Shown: in pieces, positions 43,043 to 50,984 of the stretch | How positions within the stretch are numbered: the first letter of the stretch is position 1 | How the letters are laid out: each line of letters starts with the position of its first letter | From: Kiritimatiellia bacterium | Lineage (GTDB): Bacteria; Verrucomicrobiota; Kiritimatiellia; RFP12; UBA1067 | DNA length: 64,000 nt | Direction: 5' to 3' | Assembly: GCA_045656225.1 (NCBI GenBank) | Contig: JAZOQU010000040.1 | Location: 4,697 to 68,696 of the forward strand | Translations under genes and position numbers: made by a program | Notes under the pieces: generated by a model | Told to the model about the DNA's origin: nothing | The model's database searches: none | Seen by the model: only the letters and a program-made list of their open reading frames with translations

Positions 43043-44353
43043 ATGGAGGTTGTTATGCAGGTTAAAAGAGATGTGTTTTTAAATAGGCTTATTGCGCGTA
43101 AAGAGAATGGGATGGTTAAGATTATAACCGGTCTTAGGCGATGCGGTAAATCATATCTTTTAAGTGTTCTTTATAAAAATTACCTTCTTTCACAAAATGT
43201 GGCTGACGATCATATAATCGAGATAGCTTTGGATGAAGCTGAAAACTATAAATATCATAATCCGTTGAAGTTAGACTCTTTTATAAAAGAAAAGATAAAG
43301 GATAATGATACATATTATGTCTTTATTGATGAGATACAATATGTAAAAAAGATAAAAGTTAAAGATGAGCAGCTTGATGAGGCCGAAGAGATAACATTTT
43401 ATTCAGTTTTAAATTCCTTAATGCGTCGGTATAATATCGACTTATATGTGACAGGGTCGAATTCAAAAATGCTTTCCAATGATATCAGGACGGAATTTCG
43501 CGGGCGAGGTGATGAAGTTCATATTACACCTTTTACATTCTCGGAGTTTATGCAAGTATATGATGGTGATGTTCGGGATGGATGGGAAGAATATTTGGTT
43601 TATGGAGGTTTACCCTTGGCTGTTATGGCTTTGGATCACGAATCTAAGAGTAGATATCTTAAAAATCTTTTTGAAGAGACATATCTTAAGGATGTTGTAG
43701 AGCGCAATAAAATTCGTAAACCAGAAAGTCTTTCTGAGGTTCTTGATGTTTTGGCTTCAAGTATCGGGTCATTGACAAATCCATTAAAGATAGAAAATAC
43801 ATTTAAAACAGTTCGACATACGATATTGAAGTCTAAAACAATTTCTTCATATATTGCTAAATTAAAAGACTCATTTTTAATAGATGAGGCGCGAAGATAT
43901 AATATAAAAGGGCGAAAATATATATCCGCGCAGACAAAATTTTATTTTTCGGATGTTGGTCTTCGCAATGCACGGTTAGGTTTTCGCCAGTTGGAAGAAA
44001 CCCATATTATGGAGAATATTATTTATAATGAACTGAAGGTTCAAGGATTTGATGTAGATGTTGGTATCGTAGAAAAGCACGAGAAGAATGAAGAAAAGCA
44101 TGGATGTAAAAGACAATTGGAAATTGATTTCGTAGCGAACCGTGGTAATAAAAGGTTTTATATTCAGTCAGCTTTATCAATTGATGACTTAGAAAAAGCT
44201 CAGCAAGAAAAAAGGTCTTTGAGTAATATAGATGATTCTTTTAGAAAGTTGATAATTGTTGGTGGGAAAAAGCCGGCATATATTGACGAAAGTGGATATG
44301 TAATTGTAGGAGTTATAAATTTTTTACTGAATTCGAACGAATATTTGATATAA
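43043..44353 (+). CDS. AAA+ ATPase of the COG1373 / DUF4143 type
   Basis: Walker A GLRRCGKSYL, Walker B YYVFIDEIQY, typical ~430-aa length. Confidence 0.75.
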   Translation: MEVVMQVKRDVFLNRLIARKENGMVKIITGLRRCGKSYLLSVLYKNYLLSQNVADDHIIEIALDEAENYKYHNPLKLDSFIKEKIKDNDTYYVFIDEIQYVKKIKVKDEQLDEAEEITFYSVLNSLMRRYNIDLYVTGSNSKMLSNDIRTEFRGRGDEVHITPFTFSEFMQVYDGDVRDGWEEYLVYGGLPLAVMALDHESKSRYLKNLFEETYLKDVVERNKIRKPESLSEVLDVLASSIGSLTNPLKIENTFKTVRHTILKSKTISSYIAKLKDSFLIDEARRYNIKGRKYISAQTKFYFSDVGLRNARLGFRQLEETHIMENIIYNELKVQGFDVDVGIVEKHEKNEEKHGCKRQLEIDFVANRGNKRFYIQSALSIDDLEKAQQEKRSLSNIDDSFRKLIIVGGKKPAYIDESGYVIVGVINFLLNSNEYLI

Positions 44354-44412
44354 GATTAATTAGCGTTTCGCTTACTTTGTGACGTGTACGATCTTACCCC
44401 CCTCGTTTCTCC

Positions 44413-44441
44413 TTGCAGAATTTTATCAAAAAGCGTATAAT
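44413..44441 (+). promoter_or_regulatory. Near-consensus sigma70 promoter of P3 (-35 TTGCAG, 17 bp, -10 TATAAT)
   Basis: Spacing counted directly; about 230 nt upstream of the P3 ATG. Confidence 0.55.
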
Positions 44442-44529
44442 AGAAATATACTGATGAAGGGGATTATGACAGATACGCTTGAGAATTGCGTTTTAACCGC
44501 GGCTGACGGCTGCGGACGTGATTCTTGTA

Positions 44530-44539
44530 CCCCCCCCCC
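44530..44539 (+). repeat. Poly-C tract, 10 nt, in the P3 leader
   Basis: Counted directly; homologous to C13 at 39549-39561. Confidence 0.95.
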
Positions 44540-44673
44540 AGTCCTCTAAGAATACAAGATAACGCTGTTTTAAGAGCGTTAATCTCATTAGATTTCAAAC
44601 CCAAGTCCATTATGGGGATATGCTCCATAGTGGGCTTTCGTTTATTCATAAATAACCTAAAAAGAGGAGTAAT

Positions 44674-47600
44674 ATGAAAGAAACAAAAAAACTCAAGTGC
44701 TTCAGTAAATTGAAGCGAGTAGCGCTTACATTGTTCGCCGCGCTTTGCGTCGGATCAGTGTGGGCGGCGAATCCAACCGTATACCTAGAGGCAAGTTGTT
44801 CTTTGTCAGCTCAAGGCGTAATATCAGTAAATGATTCATTTGCATATTTTGGAAAAACAAGTGCTCGCACCTTTACGACTAAGGTGTCATATAAAATTAA
44901 TGATGGGGAGATAGTAACTGTATCGCTTAATACGACAGACTCACTTACGCCATCATCCACAAGTTCGTCCGCAGCTATCTGGAGAGGTGGCGAATATACT
45001 ACCAATGTAGAAGGCTTTGTTCCTGGCGATGTAGTTTGGGTTAAATATGAATTGGAGTATAGTGGAGAGGTAGGAGGCAAAACGAGCCAGTCTAAGGAAT
45101 ACACTTTTGATACGAATGGTGTTGTTGAAAGTGCTGGCAGTTGGGCGTTTTCTCCGAATAGGTTTTTAGTAAAAGGTAGTGTGCCTCTTGGCAAGGGTAT
45201 TGAGTCTGTTAAAATTCGCTATGCTATGAATTCAGATTTATTTTCTAATGAAGAGGCTACAACAGATACGTTATTAGCGACAGAATCGGCTCAGGAAAAT
45301 ACTAAGAGTGTTGACGCAGAAGGAAAGTTTGTTTTTGAGATTCCTTTCGTTGCAGAGCATAGTACATTAGTTTGGAGTTTGTGGGCGGTATTTAATGATG
45401 GAACTGAGAAGTTATATGTTAATGCTGCTGAAGAGACATCGTTGTTAAAAATGGAGCGTAAGGAAGAAGCGTATGTTAAATATACGTGGAATGGCGAAGG
45501 AGGCAATAACTCTTGGGATAATCCTTTAAATTGGACTATGGAAGGCTTGGGTTGGGGCTTGCCTGGCCTTGTTGTTAATAATACTGATGGTGTGTATGTT
45601 GCTGAGACCGATGGTGCAAGAAGTACGGTTTGCTTCGCAGGTAACGCTGAGATAGATCTTGGTGGTAAAACATATGAGTTTTATGAGCAAGATGATAAGG
45701 GTATAAAATATGTTCCCTATCGTGGTTTGGAGTTTGAGAAGCCAGCTGATATGGAAAGAATGGAAGTTGTCTTAAAGAACGGAACTCTTGGAACTAAAGT
45801 TCCTGGTGATTCCAATGGTGAACTTCTCTTGGGTGCCGAAGGAGTAAGCCTGGAGTTTTCGAATGCGACTTTCGCTATTAGGGGTGCTAAACAACTTATC
45901 GTTCCTAATGCAGGAGCAACTATTGTATTCTCAGGGATTAAGAATCATTCGTGGTATTATGCCCCTAGGGCGAGTTATAGTAAGAATTCACAAGTTGTGT
46001 TCAGGGACTTTTCTGGCTTAGCGTATTACGATACTAGTTTAGGAGTAGCGGATGGTTCAGTACTCGAAATTGCGAACTCGCTTATTAAGTTTAGAGTTGG
46101 TACTAAGAATACTCACACAGCTAGTAAAGGTTTTGCTAAGCGAGTCATTTTCCGAGATGGACCAGATAGACAGGCTATTATGAGAGTTTGTTATTACGCA
46201 TCAGGCGATGACTCGTATGCTAATATTAATCTTAACAATACATACGATATTAAGATTCCTGCTGAGGGGCATGAAAATGCGAGTATTCAGGCTCGAAATT
46301 TAACAGAGAATCCGACGGCGACTTTTGAGATTGAAGTAACGGATTATCTTAAGAGTGATCGAGTTCCTCTCATTAACTTAAGCCAAACTCCCACGTATAA
46401 AACGTTGCCCACTTTGGTTGCTAAGGCTAATGGCGAGGATGTAACTCAAGTTCGTAATGCGCGTCTTTTCTGGGATGGAAAAGTTCTTTATTATCAGCAA
46501 AATAACCAGCATGTTGCTTCAATCGGCAGTGTTGAGTATGCTACGCTCGCCGATGCGTTCGCCGCGGCTGAGGCTGGCGCTACGGTTAAGCTCCTCAACG
46601 ATGCAACGCTCGCTGAAAAGATCACTGTTAAGAAGGCTGTAACGCTCGATCTTAATGGTTGCACGCTTAGCGAGACTGTCACTGACAGCTATGGTGCAAT
46701 TTATATCGGAACGGCCGGTAATCTCACCATTACCGATTCTGCTACGGGCGGTAAGATCGCGACGGATGGTGGCATCGTTATTGGTAACTATGGTACTGTT
46801 ACCGTTGCGGGCGGCACGATTGAAGCTGGCGCGGTAGCTGAGGAAGACACCTCTGTCTATAACTTCTACTATAACGGCTCGACTTACGGTAAGTTGACTG
46901 TTAATGGTGGTAAGGTTGGTCGTATTTGGAACTGCGGTAATGCGAATATCACAGCTGGCGAAGTTGTCGATATCGACAATAGCGGCGCTATGACGATCGC
47001 TGAGGCTGCGACTGTTTCTGGTACTGTTATCATTAAGAATGGTTCTGACGCGGCTGATGTTCCCGGCGCTGGTACGCTCACTGCTCCTGAGAGCCTCACG
47101 GTTCAGGTCGGTAACGATGGTGCTGAGGCATTCTACGTTGATGGTAAGTGGTTGGTCCAGGTCGTTGTCGCTACTATCGGTGAAGCTAAGTTCGCTTCGC
47201 TTGATGCTGCTATCGCGGCGGCTGGTGCTGAAGATGAAGTTGTTGTTGTAGCTGATATCGCTACGGATGCCGCATTTGAGATTACTAAGAAGGTTGCCAT
47301 CAACTTGAACGGTAAGACGATCGCGACGACTCAGGCCGATACAGAAGGTAACGGTGTATTCTGGGTTAAGGCCGGTGGTGAGTTCACGCTTAACGGTGAG
47401 GGTACGGTCAATGGTGTTGGCGGTAACGCTTATAATATCGCTATCTGGGCTGATGGCGGTAAGGTTATCATCAACGGCGGCACTTATACGAACGAGGGTG
47501 CTCAGGATGACGGTCCTGACGGCGCTCACTTCGACCTTATCTATGTTAAGAACGGCGGCGCTGTTGAAATCAACGGAGGTACGTTCAAGTGCCAGACGCC

Positions 47601-48165
47601 AGAATGGACTCTTAACAGTCATGATACCAAGAAGGGTACAATCGTTGTCAACGGCGGCCTCTTCTATCAGTTCAATCCTAGCGATTGCGCTACTGAAGGC
47701 GCTGGCACCAACTGGTGTGCAGAAGGCTTGAAGGGCGCTGAGAGCGCCGAGAATGCAGGCTATTACGAAATCGTCGTTGCTTGGACCGCGCCTATGCCTA
47801 AAAAGGACGGCGACTCTGCGATCACCGAGGAGTATACCTCTGATGTTCTCGCGGCACTTCAGGCGGCGGTAGCGACGAGCGTCGATGTTAAGGTTAATGG
47901 CACCGAATTGAAGGGTAATGAAGCTGTTAAGGCTCTTAACACTGCCGTTAAGTGCTTCGACGGTGCGCTTACTTTTGATGGTACTGCCGCCAGCGTTGAC
48001 ATCGTAATTGAGGTAATCGAGGTTAATACCGAGGATCCTGCCGCTTCTACGGTCGTCGTCAAGCGCGGCGAAACCGTTCTCAGCGTCAAGACCGGCATTA
48101 CGCCTACGGTCAAGTACATTGACCTTGGCTCTGATGCCGTCGTTTTCAAGCTTGTTTTTGAGTAA
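44674..48165 (+). CDS. Paralogous secreted surface protein P3 (1163 aa)
   Basis: Signal peptide LKRVALTLFAALCVGSVWAA; collinear with P2 through the central region; extra beta-helix-like block; divergent C-terminus. Confidence 0.85.
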   Translation: MKETKKLKCFSKLKRVALTLFAALCVGSVWAANPTVYLEASCSLSAQGVISVNDSFAYFGKTSARTFTTKVSYKINDGEIVTVSLNTTDSLTPSSTSSSAAIWRGGEYTTNVEGFVPGDVVWVKYELEYSGEVGGKTSQSKEYTFDTNGVVESAGSWAFSPNRFLVKGSVPLGKGIESVKIRYAMNSDLFSNEEATTDTLLATESAQENTKSVDAEGKFVFEIPFVAEHSTLVWSLWAVFNDGTEKLYVNAAEETSLLKMERKEEAYVKYTWNGEGGNNSWDNPLNWTMEGLGWGLPGLVVNNTDGVYVAETDGARSTVCFAGNAEIDLGGKTYEFYEQDDKGIKYVPYRGLEFEKPADMERMEVVLKNGTLGTKVPGDSNGELLLGAEGVSLEFSNATFAIRGAKQLIVPNAGATIVFSGIKNHSWYYAPRASYSKNSQVVFRDFSGLAYYDTSLGVADGSVLEIANSLIKFRVGTKNTHTASKGFAKRVIFRDGPDRQAIMRVCYYASGDDSYANINLNNTYDIKIPAEGHENASIQARNLTENPTATFEIEVTDYLKSDRVPLINLSQTPTYKTLPTLVAKANGEDVTQVRNARLFWDGKVLYYQQNNQHVASIGSVEYATLADAFAAAEAGATVKLLNDATLAEKITVKKAVTLDLNGCTLSETVTDSYGAIYIGTAGNLTITDSATGGKIATDGGIVIGNYGTVTVAGGTIEAGAVAEEDTSVYNFYYNGSTYGKLTVNGGKVGRIWNCGNANITAGEVVDIDNSGAMTIAEAATVSGTVIIKNGSDAADVPGAGTLTAPESLTVQVGNDGAEAFYVDGKWLVQVVVATIGEAKFASLDAAIAAAGAEDEVVVVADIATDAAFEITKKVAINLNGKTIATTQADTEGNGVFWVKAGGEFTLNGEGTVNGVGGNAYNIAIWADGGKVIINGGTYTNEGAQDDGPDGAHFDLIYVKNGGAVEINGGTFKCQTPEWTLNSHDTKKGTIVVNGGLFYQFNPSDCATEGAGTNWCAEGLKGAESAENAGYYEIVVAWTAPMPKKDGDSAITEEYTSDVLAALQAAVATSVDVKVNGTELKGNEAVKALNTAVKCFDGALTFDGTAASVDIVIEVIEVNTEDPAASTVVVKRGETVLSVKTGITPTVKYIDLGSDAVVFKLVFE

Positions 48166-48197
48166 GATAAAAGCTTAAAAACTGATAAAGCATTTTT

Positions 48198-48249
48198 GCT
48201 GCCCGTGAAGGAGTTTTGTGACCCCTCCTCGCACGGGCAGCATTTTTTT
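48198..48249 (+). terminator. Rho-independent terminator of P3
   Basis: GCTGCCCGTG...CACGGGCAGC stem followed by ATTTTTTT. Confidence 0.8.
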
Positions 48250-48438
48250 GTGATAGAGAGCGAAGGGGGACTCCTAACCTCTTCCGTTAATTGTTATAAA
48301 AGCGGTATTTTATAGTGGGCGCATTTCCGTTTTTCACCGTCCCTTCTTTGTAATGAAACAACTAAAACTTATTCTTTATGCACGATGGGTTGTGTATGGA
48401 TGGTGGAAATGGTATAATAACGGCATCTAAGGGATGGG

Positions 48439-48744
48439 TTGCAAATTATGTGTATGCTTGACGATATACGAGCGAGGCGCGATGAGATATACGCTGTCGC
48501 AAGAGCGCACAAAGCCGAAAAACTTTGGGTGTTCGGTTCGTGTGCACGTAAAGAGGAAACGCCTGAAAGTGATATCGATTTTCTGGTGGAATTTGTTCCC
48601 GCGACAACAATATTCGATTATGTAAAACTTAAGGACTCACTTTCGCTAATTTTGGGACGAAATGTGGATATTGTGGATTCGTTTGTGTTGGAACGGGGAG
48701 ATAGATTTTCTGAAGAAGTTGCAAAGGATAGGGTTGCTGTATGA
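48439..48744 (+). CDS. MNT-type nucleotidyltransferase antitoxin (MntA-like)
   Basis: GSCARKEETPESDIDFLV (GS...DxD motif); extended -10 TGGTATAAT at 48410-48418. Confidence 0.8.
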   Translation: MQIMCMLDDIRARRDEIYAVARAHKAEKLWVFGSCARKEETPESDIDFLVEFVPATTIFDYVKLKDSLSLILGRNVDIVDSFVLERGDRFSEEVAKDRVAV

Positions 48745-49082
48745 TGCGTGATGCTCAGAGAATCGATCATATGCTTGGATTTGTCAGACGTTGTCTGGAA
48801 ATCCTTGACGGTGTAGATGAAGAAATGTACCTATCTTCATTGGATAAACAGGAGCAGGTCGAATTAAATATGCTGCATCTTGGTGAGGCTGCCGCCCGTA
48901 TTTCAGATGAGGTTAAAGAATTGCACCCAGATTTACCATGGAATGAAATGGTAGGAATGAGAAATGTTCTGACGCATGAATATTTTCGTGTAAAACCGAT
49001 TGTATTATACGAAACCGTAAGATCGGAATTTGTGACAATGGAAAAGAAGTTTGAAGAATTACAAGGGGAGTATCCGTTGTAA
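48741..49082 (+). CDS. HepT-like HEPN (DUF86) toxin
   Basis: RNVLTHEY (Rx4H HEPN motif); ATGA overlap with the MNT gene. Confidence 0.8.
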   Translation: MMRDAQRIDHMLGFVRRCLEILDGVDEEMYLSSLDKQEQVELNMLHLGEAAARISDEVKELHPDLPWNEMVGMRNVLTHEYFRVKPIVLYETVRSEFVTMEKKFEELQGEYPL

Positions 49083-49493
49083 ATTGATTTTCACATCAAT
49101 AACTATAGAATGAAAGGAAGAAACGAGAACTGATTGAAACTTTTATATCGGTCATGGTATTGAAGATGGCCGACTTCTCCACTTGCGTAGATGTTAGCAG
49201 TTAATCGATAGTAGCCAAGGAGTGAGAAGGTGTATGGGGTGGGAAACCTAACCTATGCAACGTACGCAATCTTGCGTATTTGGCTTTGTCTGAAAACGAC
49301 CAAATCTTCAATGAATAAAGCTGGATATGTAAGATGCGCTACGTGGAGTATTCCGCGTGGCGTGTCTTTTATTCGTGTTTTATTCAGGGCGCTTGGTCGT
49401 GCCTCAGACAAGACATGGATTTACAGGCACGCCACGTTTTTTTCGTCAGCGAGGCGTGTTGAAAGTAATGACGAAAATAATTAAAGGAGTAAA

Positions 49494-50102
49494 ATGAAAA
49501 TACCCAAAATGATGATTGCCGCACTCTGTGTAGGCAGTGTTATTACAAAAGTCATCGCTAATGATGATTTTGGCATTGAATCGGCCTCGCCTGTTGCTAT
49601 TGCCAATCCGGTTAATCCTCAGCCCGGAATGCAATTTTCTGGGTACAAAGCAAAGAAGACCTACTGGAACGACGAATGGCTTCAAGGTAGTATTGCTGGA
49701 CTTATAAAAGCGCCTGCTATTAGAACTATTGTTGATAAATCAGAATGTTACACTCTTAAAACCTTGGGGGACACTGACGCGAATGCCGGATTGTGGACAG
49801 GATTTTTAAAATGCAAAAGAACAGGTGTATACACTTTTACAATTACTGCAGATTCCCACACAGGTTATTCGTTGCGTGTGAACGGTAGACTTATCTTGCC
49901 TGCTGCGTCAAAGCAGACAAGTGTAGATGTTGCGTTAAAGACTGGATGGAATAAAGTTGAGTTCGCTTCTCATTTTTCTGTCAATCCATTACGCAAAAAA
50001 CCGATTAACATCGTTTATAAGCCAAAAGAGTCTTTGTCAGATGCGCGTCCGCTTACACCTGCGATGATGTTTCATGACAGGAAGGTAGAAGAGGCCTGGT
50101 AA
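49494..50102 (+). CDS. Secreted PA14-like domain protein
   Basis: Signal peptide with the family core AALCVGSV; TGVYTFTITADSHTGYSLRVNGRLIL resembles the PA14 core. Confidence 0.5.
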   Translation: MKIPKMMIAALCVGSVITKVIANDDFGIESASPVAIANPVNPQPGMQFSGYKAKKTYWNDEWLQGSIAGLIKAPAIRTIVDKSECYTLKTLGDTDANAGLWTGFLKCKRTGVYTFTITADSHTGYSLRVNGRLILPAASKQTSVDVALKTGWNKVEFASHFSVNPLRKKPINIVYKPKESLSDARPLTPAMMFHDRKVEEAW

Positions 50103-50120
50103 TATTGAAAGGAGTAGAAA

Positions 50121-50375
50121 ATGGACAAGAAAGATTTTAAAAAGTTAATAGGGTTTACAAAACTCGGAATATCATTTGCGGCTATAGCACCTTTTGTTGG
50201 ATGGGCACTAAGTGGGTTAAATGATATGGGTATGTATTTTAAGCATGCTCCCGAAAGAGCGTTCGTTTGGGCTATGGTAGGAATGGCGATTGGTAATGTT
50301 ATTACAGTATTTTTGGAAAAGCAAGAGTCTGCAAATAAAAAAGAGGAGGAGAAAGAATCACGGAATGATAATTAA
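50121..50375 (+). CDS. Small membrane protein, unknown function
   Basis: Two hydrophobic segments, Lys/Glu-rich tail; GGAG-type RBS. Confidence 0.45.
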   Translation: MDKKDFKKLIGFTKLGISFAAIAPFVGWALSGLNDMGMYFKHAPERAFVWAMVGMAIGNVITVFLEKQESANKKEEEKESRNDN

Positions 50376-50417
50376 ATATATTTGGTTGTAATTCAATTTT
50401 ATTTTAACTTTTCACAG

Positions 50418-50508
50418 TTTGGGGGTTGGGAGATATGGCGTTTAGGAGATGAAAGCGGAAATGCCTTTCTAATTATTTTCTCCATTCGCCTATCTCCAAG
50501 CCTCCAAA
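50418..50508 (+). other. Long imperfect hairpin (about 21 bp outer stem plus 5-6 bp inner stem)
   Basis: TTTGGGGGTTGGGAGATATGGCG pairs with CGCCTATCTCCAAGCCTCCAAA, hand-paired with G-U wobbles, one mismatch and one bulge. Confidence 0.6.
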
Positions 50509-50878
50509 TTTATTAGTGATTAGTATTGCTGCGTGCATATTTTTAGCGGTTAAGTGCGAGGTTTGCTCAGAGGTACAGGTGCGGGTATTTTTGCGACGAA
50601 GCGCGGGTTGTTCGTGAGTGATAGGCGAGTGTGCCAGAAGTATTTACTGGGGGAAATAAGAAGTTCTTGCTGGAGAAGGCTTGAGACACAGGAGTGAGTC
50701 GAGGTAAGACACAGGTGTACTGGTGTATTTTATTTCAGGCGACAGGTGCAGCAATAACAGTGCTATAAGTTTGTCATAAAACTTGCAAATTTGTCACTTC
50801 CGCTCTTAAAGTTTCTTAATCTTGGATTTAAATAATGTTGTGGTCGGTAGGTCGAGGTCAGCGTCTGGTATTGTGAAC

Positions 50879-50940
50879 TTATCAACAATATTATCAACAA
50901 CTGTTGATAAGTTGATAAACCTGTTGATAACTGTTGATAA
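50879..50940. promoter_or_regulatory. Cluster of six TTATCAACA / TGTTGATAA (DnaA-box-like) sites
   Basis: Forward at 50879-50887 and 50891-50899. Reverse at 50902-50910, 50910-50918 (8/9), 50922-50930 and 50932-50940. Abuts the -35 TTGTTA (50949) of the downstream HTH gene. Confidence 0.6.
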
Positions 50941-50984
50941 CTTCTCCCTTGTTAAATCCTGAATAATAGTCCATAATATATGCC

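Noticed and set aside
46519-47622. 367-aa minus-strand ORF inside P3 (and the similar 200-aa ORF at 41409-42011 inside P2)
   Set aside because: Both are antisense to the repeat region of the surface-protein genes. They are Ser/Thr/Arg/Ile-rich mirror frames with no start context, and the sense frames are conserved between paralogues.
49230-49484. 84-aa ORF in the HepT-PA14 spacer
   Set aside because: It has no RBS, an odd composition, and crosses the hairpin/T-run structures. The region is more plausibly non-coding regulatory RNA.
18000-50980. Prophage or integrative conjugative element as the identity of the low-GC segment
   Set aside because: It has no integrase, excisionase, phage structural, conjugation or relaxase genes, and no tRNA or att-like flanking repeats. 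It contains the only dnaA/dnaN in the window at the strand-switch point. Foreign origin or replicon fusion stays a hypothesis in the findings.
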